From NCBI GenBank assembly GCA_016748015.1, contig JAAOMT010000523.1, positions 680,156 to 744,155 of the forward strand: a DNA stretch of 64,000 nt. Reading direction: 5' to 3'. Position 1 is the first letter of the stretch. The number at the start of each line of letters is the position of its first letter. A program made the position numbers and the translations under genes. The notes beneath the pieces were generated by a model. The model was not told the origin of the DNA and ran no database searches. It was given only the letters and a program-made list of their open reading frames with translations. This DNA comes from Geosiphon pyriformis uo1 (Eukaryota; Fungi; Glomeromycota). Of this stretch, positions 1-15,000 are shown piece after piece.

Positions 1-174
1 AACAACTGGCACAGAATTGGTTATTCCACTTATAAGTCCAGCAGTTCAAATTATAAGAGATAATTTGAAGATAAATTCAGTTATTGGAAATTCAACTACT
101 TCCAGAAAACGTGAATTCACAACAAACAGACATTAACAACATTAAAGAAAAGAGACCAAAAACCTTCAGTAATA
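1..174 (+). repeat. 3' portion of the 5' LTR, family A
   Basis: Direct repeat of ~8906-9079; ends ...CAGTAATA (decayed GGTAACA, compare 60504). Confidence 0.9.
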
Positions 175-176
175 TT

Positions 177-187
177 TGGTGCTTTCT
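177..187 (+). promoter_or_regulatory. Primer-binding site, probably elongator tRNA-Met type
   Basis: TGGTGCTTTCT 2 nt after the LTR end; matches TGGTGCTCTCT at 54857 in family C. Confidence 0.7.
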
Positions 188-299
188 CATAGAAACAACA
201 CAACAACAACAAATTCAAAGTGGTAACTCCAGTAGACACAACAACTTTAGAATATTATTAGTTAATTTACACCTACTGCAAACAAAGATTCAACATCCA

Positions 300-3200
300 A
301 GACAGAATTGAAATTTTTAAGAAATCACTATACCAATACATTGAAAACTGCATCAATAATTATCTCTTTGAAAACTACAACATTTTAGAAATCAGAAGCA
401 ATCTCTATAATAATTTATTGCACTATTCACACTTGAGAACTGAAAACCTTAACAGTAAAACACTTAACACCTACTTTCAAGAATTCAACTTTAATATTAT
501 TCAATATTGTAAAAAAAAATACCTAATACAGTCCAAATACTCTCTTGACTTTAAATTAGAACCAGAAAATAGCAACAACAAAAAGCAAAAAAAGATACTT
601 TGAATTAGTCATACAATTTACAACACACCAAAAACAACTGCCAAACACTTACAAATACTTGAACAAAGAACCAATGTCAAATTACTACTTTCTATTACAT
701 CATTTTCAATTTCACTTGCTCAATCACAAACTCCAAATTCACCACTTATTCAGTTCTGAAAACTAGAAGATTTTCAATCACCCAAAAGTTTTACTTAACA
801 GCAAAAACCAATATTAACCAGCACTAATCTTCTTGATTACTTAGAAAAAAATCAAAATAATTATTTAAAAAACTTAGAAAGTAAAGAAACCAAATCAGAA
901 CAAAAAAAAACTACAGAAAACAAAAAAAAAATAACAACTACATACATTGCAAAAATCACTGAATTTACAAGAAAAAATGTTGATACCAGTCTACAAGAAT
1001 GGCTTGACAAAGTTCAAAAAGTGCAAATGGATGGACTGCAGCAAAAATGCTAAAAGCAATCTCATATTTTCTCTAAAAAACAGCAGAAGAATAGTTTGAA
1101 AACTTGGATGCACCTTTTGAAAACTGGCAAGCATTTAAAAATGCTTTTTTACAACAATTTATTAACAACAACATATTTATTATACTCCAAAACTGATTCC
1201 AAAACATCAAACAAAAATCATTTGAATTTGTCATAATTTATTTTGGAAAATTCAACAAACTCTTTTGACAAATTTAACAATTGGAAACCAATGAATATTA
1301 TTCCAATGCCCAAATTTTGATTAGTTTATTGCAGGATTAAAAGATAAATTAATTAAGAAAATTTGCTTCCATGCTTCAAAAAACTTAGCTATAGTCATCT
1401 AACATGCAAAAAACTATGAAATAACTATAAAAGAAACAAATCATACAAAGTTTGTAAACTTTATAATTAAAAAAACCAGTTTAACAGCTGAAAAAAAAAT
1501 TGACCAATTCACAAAAAGGATTAAAAATTATTTCACAAATCAACAATAACAGCAACAACTACAAAGATATCAGCCACTTCAATAATGCAATCAAAACAAC
1601 TACCTTTTATTAACCAACAACCAATCACAAAACTGTCACTATTGTAAAATTCCAGGACATTGGAAACAAGATTGTAGAAAACTACAACAAAACCAACAGA
1701 ATAGGAGTAATTAACATTACTTTTCACTACAGCAATCTTATTATCAAACTTTACAACCATCTGCCTATTACTTTCTAAGATCCCAGCAACAAAACAATTA
1801 CTATCAGCCTGTTCTATAGTAGTAATATTAACAACTTATGCCAAAATTACAGTATTAGCAATTACCTTCAGCTTAACAATATCAAGTATCTGCAAAAAAA
1901 TTAGGACAACAAAACTAATTCATACCACAAAATCAGTTCCAAACCCAGAACAACCAAACAAATATTAACAATTAATTAGTTTCCCGAAATCTGATTCAAC
2001 AAAGACATAATCACTATTATATCCAACTAAGTTACTTAACAATACCTGAAAAACAGAATTTTTAACAAACTGCACTTTCTGAAAATGAAACTACAATACT
2101 AAGATAAAACCCTTCCAATAATACAATTTTACCAGCCAGAATTGTCCAAAATACCAATTTTTCAGACATATTTCTATTTAAATTTGAAGCAAATAAATCA
2201 CTATTCTTGCTTAGTAATGCAGCAGTCAATAAACAAAAAGCAATTACTGTTATGTATACAAAAGCTAAAGTAGAAAACAAACCAATTCAATTAATTCTAG
2301 ACAGTAAATTACCTGAAAGTATTATCACCTACCAATTAATACAACAGCTTAATCAAAATGTTAACAGACCAGCCCAAACAGTATTTGTTATAGCAAATGA
2401 CATAAAGAAAAATTCAGTAAAAAAAATTAACAATTTTTCATTTATTATTGATGAAATCACCATATTAATCAAAGTTTTAGTCATGAATGCATCCCAATAC
2501 CAAGTTCTTGTCAAAAATAATTGGCTTTTCAAGGCCAATGTAAATCTAGATTGGGAAATCCAAGAACTAAAAATTTTATATCAAAGACAATATACACAAA
2601 TACCTATTATATGTGGTACTTTTAACAAACAATTAGAAAAAGCTCCAGTATTTAAATTTGAAAAAAAAAGAAAAACCAGTAATTAAAACTTTTATGGCTT
2701 TTAAATCAACATCCAATTGAACAGAAAAAACAGAACAAAAAATTTTTGAGAAAACCAGAAGATGAAATGTTGTTCAATACTTTACATCAAAACCACAAAA
2801 ACAACCACCCTATATTCTACTTAAATATAAAGATTGCAAGAAAAAATTTTCATTAATAGAAGCATGTATATCCTCAAAAGAAAAATATAAAACTCATATC
2901 TGTTACTATTATAAAGCATATCATAGAAAACAATTTGGATATCTTAAACAAAATAGAAAATGAAACAACACTTTTTGTTTTACATGTGAAGATATATTAC
3001 CAGAAAAATACAACTGGATTGATATTGCAATAAAAGAAAGAGTAGGTGATCAAATCTGCTAATATGCCTTATCAATTTCAGAAAAAGTTAGAAGAAGAAC
3101 ACTCTTTGATACAGCATACAACAATGCTTTCAACAAACTCTACTACTACCTTCATAATGCTAAAATAATCTTTGATTTAGTAATAGCTTTAATCAATGGA

Positions 3201-5816
3201 GCTATACAAGAAGATGTTTACCAAATAAAAGAAGCTGAATACATTGAATACACTATGAAATTAGCTGGATTCAACTATAAAAATAAAGTAAAAACATATC
3301 ACCAAATTGCAAGTCACACTTATTCAATCCAAGAAGCTTAAATTCAATGATTAAAGCAAATAAACATTCAATTGTGTAAAGAATACATCATGTCTTGTAA
3401 TAACAAATGATGTCCAAAATGCTATGCTTTTAACATCCTTTTGCTTAGCAAAAATAACCAAGAGGAAATCAAGTTTGGAGAACATATGTCAAAAAAAAAA
3501 TTGCAACAACTTCAATCTATTTTCTTGAAAACCAATCAGTCTTACAACTCAAGTACTTTGATAACAATGGCCAAGAAATTAAACCAGAAAAAGCTTACAA
3601 AATTGATGCAGAATATGATCTATAATGTTCAAGAAAAAACACTTTAGTTCTTCAACCAAAATCCTTAACAAAAATCAATCTCAAAATTGTTCTCAAAATT
3701 TCACCAGGAGTTATAGTTCAAATTGCTTCTTGATTATCTTAGCCAGCAAAAAATCAACATTAAAGAAGGAGTTATAAATGCAAAATATACTGGAGATATT
3801 ACCATTATGCTACAAAATAAAACTGAAAACTATTTAAAATTAAACATACAAAAAAGATTGTTTAAGCAATTTATCTACTCTTAATCAACATTTTAGAGTT
3901 ATAATTAGTTAGTAACAGAGAACAATTAGGCAAAAGTAAAAGAGGAACTCAAGATTTTGGTTTAACTGGATGATTTACAGTTTCAGTAAATATAGCTCTC
4001 AATACACAGAATAAATCTTACCAGATTTTTTAACTTCTTTAACCAATTACTATATTATCTTTTGAAGAACATTACGAAATCTACACTTGCTTAAAACCTA
4101 CTACCACCCAACAAATCTTTAAATCCAATAAACAAATCTGTTTAAAGCATGAAATTTTAATTCCAAATGTTTATATACCAAAAGAAATAAAAAAATTTCG
4201 AATTACTTTTTATAATCCCAACAATTACCTTATTATTTTATTAAATAAATTAAAAATTAGAATTATACATAGCAACATTTTTCAAGATAAAACTCCTCAG
4301 ATGGTCAGCAATTTTATCGAAATTGTGAAACATATCTTACTTTCAAACTTAAACATTATTCTCATTACTAAAAACTATCATATTTTGGAAGAAAAACTCT
4401 CTTAAATCAATATGGATTTTTTAGAATCATTACAACAAAGACAAATAAAACAGTTAATTGCTAAATACATTGATATATTTGCCAAAGATAACTATGATCT
4501 TGGAAAAACTAATATTGTCTAATATCAGATTTACACAAGAAATGCTCTATCAAAATATTAACAAGCTTATTAAATACCACCTATCAGCCACCAATTCATT
4601 AGAGAAGAAGTCCAAAAAATGCTCAATAATGGATTGATTTAACCATTAAAAAGTTCTTGGGTCTTATCAGTAGTGCTAATTAAAAAAAAAATAGAAAAAT
4701 CAGATTTTGTGTTAATTATTGCCAACTGAATAGTGTGATAATTAAAGATGCCTATCCTTTTCCAAGAATTAATAACATGCTAGATGCTCTAAGAAAAGCC
4801 AAGTTCTTTTTAACTTTAGACTTAGAAAGTGAATACTGACAAGTTAAAATAGACCCAAAAGATTATTTCAAAACAGTATTTATTACCCAAAAAGAAAACT
4901 ATGAATTCAATATTATGCCTTTTAAACTCTGCAATGCATTAGTAACATTTCAATAACTCATGAATGTTGTATATAAAAAACTTTTATGACAATTAGTAGT
5001 TGTCTATTTGAATAATACTGATGTGTACTCACCAAGCTTTGAAGCTTATTTTATCTATCTGTAAGAAGTTTTTTAATGATTATGGAAAGCAAAATTTAAG
5101 TTGAATATTAAAAAATATTAATTTAGAAAAACAAGTTTAATTTTTTTTGAACATATTGTTAGCAAAAATAGAATCAAACCAAATCTTGGAACAATCAGTG
5201 CTGTTAAAAACTTTTAAACTCCCAAAAATATCACAGAGCTATAAGGATTTGTAGAATTAGCCTTTTACTATCAAAAATTTATAAAAAAATTCTCAAAAAT
5301 TGCCAAACTATTCAATTATCTCACCAACAAAAACATGCCATATCAATAGACTGAAGAATAACAAAAAGCCTTTAAAATTTTTAAAACAAAATTAACAACA
5401 GCTTCAGTTTTTGCTTATCTAAATTTCAGCAAATAGTCTTAACTAGTCATTGATGCTTTATACATAGTATTTGGTACAATTCTATTACAATTGGATGAAA
5501 ATGGCCAGAAACAAGTTATTGTTTATGCCAGTAGGACACTCAAATCAACAAAACTCAAATATAGTTCAACTGAATTAGAAGCTACCACAGTCATTTAGAC
5601 TTTTAAACATTTTCAATAATACTTAAAGAATAGAAAAGAATTTGACATAATAACTAACAATATTGGTCTCAAATGGCTTAATAAAAAAAAATCTGAACAA
5701 AGTCCCAAACAATCTCAATGAAATGATTTCCTAACAGACTACAAATATATTGTATACTACAAACCAGACAAATTACATACAAATGTAAATAGTCTTTCCA
5801 AATAAGACAAAATTAG
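300..5816 (+). pseudogene. gag-PR-Cys-rich-dUTPase-RT-RNaseH polyprotein remnant
   Basis: ORF 2207-2686 is a retropepsin (PIQLILDSK...YQVLVKNNWL); dUTPase remnant ~3570-3965; RT remnant (FCVNYCQLN, DAYPFPRI, VVVYLNN); RNase H ends TNVNSLS..QN*; many stops and frameshifts; start approximate. Confidence 0.9.
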
Positions 5817-5865
5817 AATTTACACCAATAAACTACTAATTTAACAACAATTAACAACAAAAACA

Positions 5866-7255
5866 ATAGATCTTGAAAACTATAACAACATTAAAAACTA
5901 TTTGGAAACTTTTATCATGCCAAAAAATTGGTCTTCAAGTAAAAAACATTGATTACAACATTAATTAAAACAATATTTTATACACCACAACAAAATTTAT
6001 TATTGAAACTATAGAAATCCAATTAACCTACTTAGATTAGTACAAAAAAACAAAAAAAAACAATCCTTTATAACATGTATACAGACTTTTCATCAGCATA
6101 CTTAAAAAGAAATAAAACAATTCAAAAAACTTTTAAACATTATTTTTGGCCTCACATGCAAAAAAACATTCAACAATATGTAGAATCTTGTAATAGTTGT
6201 TAAAAAAAAGAAGGAACTTGCTTCATGGAACCTTTAAATTCAATCAAAATTGGACAACTTTTTGATAGAGTTAGAATTGATTTAGTCGAACTATTATCTA
6301 TTACAACCCAAAGAAATTGTTATATTGCAGTTGCAATAAATTATCTCACTAAATGGCCTGAAGTTAGAGCCATTCAAAAAACAGATGCAAAATCAGTAAC
6401 AAATTTCATTTATGAAGACATTATTTGTAAACATGAATGCCCAATTGAACTTTTATCTAATCAAAAAACACATTTTGTGAACAACTTAATACAAAAAATT
6501 TGTGAATAATTCAATATCAAAAGATCTCTATTATCACCTTATTACCTTCAAACAAATAGACTTGTAGAATATTTCAATAGAACATTGTGTGAATCTTTAG
6601 CCAAAGTCTCAACTGATTTTAAGCAGAAATGTAATATATTTATTTTATTAGTGTTATTAGCATATAGAACACTAAAACAAGATATTATAAAACACATACC
6701 ATTTGATTTTATGTATAGAAGAACAGCAACATTACCAATTAATTTCACAGTAGAAACATATTTAGTACAACCAATCAATAAAGAAAACTTTCAAAAAACA
6801 CTCCAAAGAAGAGCATACACTTTTTTTAATACACTGGAAAGAAAAAAACAAATAGCAGCCACTTATATTAAACACTTTCAAGCCCAACAAAAAGAAAACA
6901 TAACAACAAATTGCCACCAGTTATCAACAAATTTAAAGTTAGAAATAAAGTTTTCTTACATAAAACTAAGGCTGAAAAACAATAGAATAGAAAATTTGAA
7001 CATAAATAGGATAAACTATTTTATATTCACAAAATTCTAGACAATAATTTATACAAATTAAGACTTAATAACAAGGTTTTAGCAAAAGTTGTACATAGAA
7101 ATTAATTAAAATACTATTATTCCAGAACAAATTCTGAATTATTAATTTTACAAATTGTTATACATTCTCCTTTAATTAATTCTGAAAATATTCTTCAAAA
7201 TTTAGAACCAATAGTTATAATAGAACAACAACCAAAACTTGAATACTTAATTTAA
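5866..7255 (+). pseudogene. Integrase remnant in its own ORF (ATG decayed to ATA)
   Basis: FDRVRIDLV, YLTKWPEVRAI, LLAYRT, HIPFDFMYRR; homologous to 51153-52381 and 62300-63685. Confidence 0.9.
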
Positions 7256-7427
7256 TATTTTTACAATAATCTCTTTAAATAATACACAAAACATAAAACA
7301 AAAATAGTAAATAATTACAAAAAACATCCAAATCTAAAAACAAATAAAATTGTATACCCAAAAATAATTTTCTTTATTTTTTTTTCAAAATTTTATTTAT
7401 TAGTTAGTTATTTATTATCAAAAATAA

Positions 7428-8109
7428 ATGTTAGCCTTGAAAACACTTCCTGACTTATATATAATAATTAATAGAAGTCAAATTAATTACATTCAGAAAA
7501 AAATCACAGCCTTAGTAGTAAACAATTCTCAAAATTATTATTCCTATAAAAGAAGCACAAGAAATTACTTTGAAAATCAATTACCAAAACTTTCAAAACA
7601 AGCTTTAAAAGAAAATTTTTTAATTGCCTCTATTAATATTTTACCAAATGCCACAATCCAACAAAAACTTCTATTATTTCTCAATGAACAGAACAATAAA
7701 TATACTCTTATCTATAGATATTTTTATATTGAAAAAACACTTTATAAACGAAAAATAGAACTTGAAGCAACAAACATTACTCTTGAAGCTATACAAAAAC
7801 AAATCTACAATAAATTTAAGACAACAGTTGGATCAACAAATACTTGCTACAAACTTAGAGCAGCTTTTAGACTCTATGACTTATTCAATACTTGCTACAA
7901 ACTTAGAACAGCTTTTAGACTCTATGACTTATTCAATACTTGCAAAAATGTCCTATAAAATCCAATACTTTACCCAATAAAAATTCAGTACATTAAAAAG
8001 CTTACAGAACTGAAATTTCAACAATTTTCAGACCAAATTACCACAATTATTTTGAACTATTATCTTAACATTACAAACAATACTTGATTTTAATGGAACT
8101 CAGTTTTGA
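7428..8109 (+). pseudogene. ORF3 (accessory protein between integrase and 3' LTR), family A copy 1
   Basis: ORF 7428-7958 clearly homologous to 61814-62134; continues past stops to the PPT. Confidence 0.8.
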
Positions 8110-8120
8110 GAAGAAGATTA

Positions 8121-9079
8121 TGTTACCAGTAGAATTTTAGCTATTAATTAGCATAAAATTACCCTTATAATTCCTATTATTAATTAGTATATATTATTAT
8201 CATTTTTATTATTACTTATTATTTAATCAAATTATCAAATATCATCATTTAATTAATAATTCAATTTGTATTATAGAAATTAAGATAATCAAATTATACA
8301 ATACTTTAAACCATTTAATATTCAAAAATTCGCCAAAATTAGCAGAAATTGGCCGAAATAATTAATAGTTTGTGGAAATAATTTGTAGTTTGCTGAAATA
8401 TATCTTTAATTTGCCAAAATTAAAGCAAAAAAAAAGTGCAAGTTTAAAGACTAATACTATAACAAGTTTTATAAAAAAAAAGCTTCTTTTTTCAAGAAAA
8501 TATATCTTACTTTTAAATATCTTAATTAAAACAAATTATCTCTTACACATTCTTACAAAAAGCAAATAAAAATTAAAAATATTTGAAAACCAAATCCTTA
8601 ATTATTCTACTTGAAATTCACAAAAAATCCAATTAACATTTTAAAATTAATTAGCTACCAATTTCAATAATCTGTTAGTAACCCCAGATTTTGATAGAAA
8701 ACAATTCTCTTAACAATATTTTATTTCTTTTATATTTTTTTTATTTTTCTTTACTTTTTTTATTATAAACATTAGGGTAGTTTACAGACAAAATTCCTGT
8801 AGAAGAGTTGATTTTCACAACAAAATAACTACATATTTTTTAGTGAGTTTCCAGACAAGCAATTCTTGGAAAAAAGTTAATGTTTACTACAACATAACTA
8901 CACAAAGCAACTGGCATGAAATTAGCCATTCTACTTATAAGCCCAACAATTTAAATTATAGAAGATAATTTGAAGATAAATTCAGTTATTAAAGGTTTAA
9001 CTACTTTCAGAAAACGTGAATTCACAACAAACAGACATTAACAACATTAAAAAAAAGAGACCAAAAATCTCCAATAATA
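8121..9079 (+). repeat. 3' LTR, family A (~959 bp)
   Basis: Starts TGTTACC after PPT GAGAAGAAGA; homologous to the reverse complement of 60504-61487. Confidence 0.9.
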
Positions 9080-12000
9080 TTGACAAACAGTTTAATAAAC
9101 ATTACAAACAAAACAGCAAGCATTGCTTAAAACCACCTAATCATCTGCTACAAAAACTTTTTTATAAATCTCAATAAGAAAAGCCAAACATGATCATGCT
9201 GCCACACAGACAAAAACATCAGTCTGATCATTACCAACATTTCCTAAATGACTTTTTATTTTTATTTATCTCATAGAAATGTTTTTTGATCTTATTAAAT
9301 TAACAATATGACATCTTTTTACTTAATACTTGTTCTAAAAGTCAGACTAACATAGATTGCATTCCAAAAAACATGTATTCAGAACTGTCTGACTATTCAT
9401 ATATAAGACCACTAAACAAAACAAAAAAACATATTCTAAGACCAAGGCAATTGCTTGTAATTTTAATAGTATCAAAAACAACAAACCATTCATTTTAACA
9501 CTTACATCCAAACCAATATCAGAAAAGTAAGCTACTGTTTTATTAGCAGCTTTTGACATTCTTAAATTCTTTAAAAAACCATCAGAATAATTATTAATTG
9601 CTCTAGCTCACACCTTATATAATTGCTCACATACTTCTAAGAATTTATTTAAGCAGAAAAAATCTGAACAGTCCAAACTAATAACACTCTCATTAGATTT
9701 CACAAAAAGATTATTTATATATACCAAAGCTCTTTCAAACCACAGAAGTACTAAACTCCTCAAACTCAATTTTTTCTAACACCTAAAAGTTTTCCAATTC
9801 ATGATTAAATTATGCTTGTTTAGCAAAATATTTCCGAAAGCAAAACCAAAACATTTCAAGAAATACACCATATTAAAATAATAAGCATCCTTCAATATTT
9901 TAAATATCAAAAAATGGCCAGGTCTATAAAATGTATTAGATAAGTTATTGACCAAAAAGATCTTAGTATCCAAAAAATTCTTATGATGTTAGCCAAAAAG
10001 TTATTCTTTGAATTGACTTTTAACTTGATGGAAAACTGCAAAAAGTTTAAAAATGCCTATCCTAAAACTTGCAAATTCAGAGTATGATGCTCAAACAATC
10101 AGCCAAGAATACTGACAGTATTAGAAAATCTAACCACTAAAGCAATTTTGGCTTCAGTCTAAATCTGCTCAAAAGACTTTAAATTATACAAAGATGGGTG
10201 GTACAAAGCCTCATTGAAAAAGTTTTTTAGCAAATTGGCTTTAAATTTGAGCCCATTTCTTATTATAACATTTTATTTGCAACATACACTTTTAAACATA
10301 AAACTGAACTGTGTTTGGTAACTAATTATAGACTGCAAAACTGCTAAAACTAAATAAGAGAACTATTTATTTGACATTATTTTTTTGAGAACCAAATTTA
10401 AAAAGAACTTGATATTTGAATGCATTTTAGCAAGACTTGGCTTGAACAAGCCCTTTGTTAACAAAAAAATACCCAAATATTTATGAGACACATCATACTT
10501 GGCTATAGAAATTGGCTGACTACTAATATGCAAAGATGCTTTAATTATTCTTTGGTTAATAAAAATTGTCATTATCTTGTTATTATTAATAGAAATGTTA
10601 TTAATACTGAAAAATTTACTTGCAATATCCAAAATATATTGTATTAAAACCTGCTTATTCTCTATTTATATTGTATTATTAACAAAAGCACTTATAGCAA
10701 AGAACAAGGACTTGTTTCTATTAATCTTTACTTTGTCTGTTTTTGCCACAAAATTAGAGTTAATTTTATATTCACACAAATGTTGATGTCTCTTGACCTT
10801 GCACAACAAAGAATTATAAAAAATCCTTCAGAGAAGTGACAAAAAAACTTCACCTTAATCTAGTCTATCATGTATCTTGTAACTATTTAAAAGATCAAAA
10901 TCAGTTATATCTTGTTAACTTTGTTCTTATAAATATTTCCAAAAAACCTAATAAATCTGTTATACATCTTAATACAATACAAACTTAATCTTAAATAATG
11001 TCAATCAACTGAATCATAAGCTTTACACATGTTTTATAGAACCATTCAGATTTTTTGGCTCTTTTTTAGAGTATCTTTAACTAATAAGCCAATAGCAAAC
11101 ACAAAAAACTAAGTAGAAATACCTTTTAAGACTGAAAAATTATCTTTACAAAGAATATTAAACTTGCTATAAACAGACAAAATTTTTTTTGCAGTTTTAA
11201 TTAAAGTAATGAAATAAGTGTTGGTCAAAATATTATTCCATTTATAAAGCTTGAAAATTATCAAAACTTATGCCTTCTTTCATAGATCTAAAATATTATC
11301 AAGCTTTAGACATAAATTAAACAGAACCAAAAAGCATTTTATTAATTCATTATTACAATGCTACTATAGCTCATTTGATATGTCAAAAAGACCAGTAGTC
11401 TTGCTTTTGGACAACTTACTTATTACCAAAACCAATTCTTTCAAGCTGATATTATTTATAATGCCAGAAAATGCATTGTTCTTTATGCATTCCAAAGGTG
11501 CATATTAATAAGCCCATAAATCAGACAGAACCAAAAAAATTATGCACTTTTTTGTCTAATTTACCATAATATTGTAACTTCAGATTTCACTTTCTTGGGC
11601 TTTAAAATCAATTTTTCTCCAATTACTAAATAATTTAGAACAACTTTGTAGAAAAGTCACTTTAGAATACTTCTTATTATGCTTTTTTTATCTGAATTAA
11701 AATTTTCTATTTACTTTTCAATTACTCTTTTAATAATTGTATCTCTAGCTATTTCTAATTCATAATACTTGAACTTTTTATATTTTTTTTTAATCAATAA
11801 CAATTATTTAATAGCTTTCATTGAAAATGTACTATTCTGAATTATAAAATTAATCTTAAAAGTCTCTTTGTTGTCAATTGTTTACCACTTTTTAAGAAAA
11901 CATTTATATTTAGTTTTGTTGTCCATTTTCAATTCTCTTACAATCTTGGCCACAAATAATTCCAGTCTAAAAAACTTTAATAACTGCTTATTCTTTAAAC

Positions 12001-15000
12001 ACTTAAAGTCACTGAACCAATATTTAGCAAAAATAGCATTAGTTAAACTCATTATCATTTCCTTGATCTTATCTCATATGGCATTCAAATTGTCAAAGAC
12101 TTTTGTATCCAAAAATTTACCTATTATTATTAAAAGTTTGATTGAAATACACTTCTTAAAATAGACCCATTTAGCACTATTTGTATCTTTGATATTAAAC
12201 TTCCAGTGATTTTTGTTTGTTTGTTTTCAAATACTATTAAGATTTGCATCCAAAAAATTTTCCAGTCCAACCAAAACCAAAACTGTCTTATGATCTGTGT
12301 TAAAAAATTCAGATACAGAGCCAATCTTATACACCAGAACTGTTGACAACAAATTTTCATTAACAAAAATATAATTGATAACTTTCTCAGCTTCTTTAGA
12401 GTTTATTCAAGTAGGAACCTTAACTAAAAAGTGTTCTTTAAGTAAATTAATCAGACCCAAATCTGAACATTTCTTAAAGCTTGCATTTTTTTTAGAACTA
12501 TTTTTATTGAAGTTACCACTTAGAATTATAAAAAAACTAGAATTAATCATCTTGAAGATTATAAAATTGATATTTAAAGCTTAGCCAAACTATGTACCAA
12601 CAGATACACCAATATATAAACTTAGTATTGTAACTAAAAGCTTGTTTTTAAACAAAAGACATATTAAAATTAACCAATCTGGATTTTATCTATCTTTAAA
12701 ACATGTTAAGCTAAAGAACTGTTTATAATTATGACAATACCAGCATTAAAAAACTCTTATCCAAACCAGAAGTAAAAATCTGAATTCCATCAAACTTATT
12801 TATAATCCATGGCCTAATTTTAGACCTTAACTTTGTTTCAGTAATAATAAAAATCATGTTATCTGAATTCACATGCCAATGAACAATATTTTTCTGCTTG
12901 GCAAAGATATTGAAACCTTTAATGTTGTAAGTAGAAATCTTCTAAACCAGATCTGTTATTTAGAAGAAAGATTTTTTACATCCAAACTAAAATTGTCTAC
13001 TTTTTATTAGGTCCATAATTGTAATCAACAAATTGTCTATATTTACTTCCAACTTTGAAATAATTGATTTATTAAGAATCACTACTTTCACAACAGTTTT
13101 ATTACAAGTGATCACATGTGAATCCTCATTCATTACTATATTTGCTTTTTAATTCTATAATAGAAGAGTTACTAACAGCTAACATTCAAAACTAGATTGG
13201 AAAATCATTGGTCTAAGTGTGTTCAATCTCTTAGCCAGTTCACCAACTTGCTCTGCAAGGCTAGCAAAACTGTGCTCAAGAATGACAAACCTACTATTTA
13301 TTTTATCAAACACAAACAGAGGAGACTTTATCTCCAAAATAGAGCCAAAATTTGACAGACTATCATGCACAAAAAGAGAAAAGAAAGATTTACCAACAAG
13401 TTTAGCCCAAGAGATACTATTAAAAGCAATTAAACATGTAACAAGAGCTGAACATTTAACATAAATGGCTACCAATCTGCTTTTATTAATGTTTGATCAT
13501 ATTTTTTAAGAGAAAACACCAGAAAAAAACTTCTACTTACAAAACAGCCCAATAATATATGATCTATGTTTTCATACTTTGCACACTTGGCACAACTCAA
13601 ACAAAACCAGTACAAACTAGGACTTCTTAAGATTAGAGTTGTTTCTATGACAGAATTAATTAACTTAGCAAAGTCAAAACAAACAACAACACATCTGACC
13701 TAAACATAAATAACTAGATAATAATCAATAACATAAGTTTTTCTATCAACAAATACAATGTAGTTTCAAATATTATGTGCATTTGTTCCTACTGGTAAAG
13801 TATACAATAGTGTCCTATAATTGTTCCTTATATTTCATAATTTTTTGTTTTTATCAGCTCTAACAACATATACTATATCATTTTTTATTAAGATAAACCA
13901 CTGTTACAGTTTAAGAATTTAGCAAAAAAAATCATAAAAATAATACAAACTATTCAATCATAATATAGCACAGTAATAATCTTAGAAAGGTAATGATTAA
14001 CATAGTAGCAAACACCATCTCGCGATAGTGGCAAGCACCAGTTCACAATAGCAGCCAACACCAACTGGTGATAGCAGCAAGCACCAGGTTGAAATATCAA
14101 AAAGAAAGTATTTTCTCGTAGAACTACAAACATGTATATATACAGTAGTTTTAATATTGGGAAAGAATCAATCAAGTAATAAAAATTATAACTTATCAAG
14201 CAATAGATCCAATTTTATCCAACAAACTCCACTTTAAATCATACTTTCAAATTAAATATCCCAAGAAACCTTTAAAATCAAAAAAAAATGAAAAAAAATA
14301 TTTAAAACTGAACTATCACAACCCAAAGTATTAAGAAACTTACTTGTATTATTTATTGAATGAAACTATCATTCATCAACTGAATCCCTTGGAAGAATAA
14401 TCCTTGATCAAGATTATTCACGTTGTTACTAATTGATAAAAGCTTTATTGTGAGAATTAGAAAAGCGCTAAAGACCATTAACATTCTGTGTTTCTAGATT
14501 AGAGAAACACATCAGGCAATTGCAAGGATAGCCTCAGAGAAGACCCCAGACAGTGAGTAGATTTCAGTTCAGCCTCTGAAAAGGAGTACATAAACACACA
14601 CAACAATCAAGAATTAAAGAATAACTTACATCGCAACAGTAAAAAGAAAGCCTTCAGTATAACAAGTGACCTTATCACACAAATAGAATTGAGAAACTCA
14701 CGAAAGACTGATTGCAATTAAAGCGGGATATCAGCAATTAAATATAACAAGAAAACCATCCCATAACACCACTTTGTTGCAACCAAATCAGCATAATTAA
14801 TCTCATTAAATTCAACTATTGTTTTTTGTCATAGCTTCACTAACTGTATTTTGATTGACTTAATCAACCCTAATTTAGAAAATGCAGCATGCACAGCTTT
14901 AATCAGAGTACTAATTGAAATTTTTTTTAATACTACAGCCTAATCTAAATGTTCAGCAGATTTTTTGAGATTAGTATTTACCAAGATTATCACATTCTTT

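Larger units (their letters stand above)
1..9079 (+). mobile_element. Ty3/Gypsy LTR retrotransposon, family A copy 1, heavily decayed; 5' LTR cut by window edge
   Basis: 1-174 matches the end of 8121-9079; PBS-like TGGTGCTTTCT at 177; decayed gag, protease (LILDS), dUTPase, RT, RNase H and integrase in Gypsy order; PPT at 8108-8118; same family as 60504-64000. Confidence 0.95.

Noticed and set aside
13954-14199. 81-aa ORF repeated three times (also 43123 and 44586)
   Set aside because: Antisense within family B LTR copies, non-ATG start, no recognisable motif; similarity reflects young LTRs
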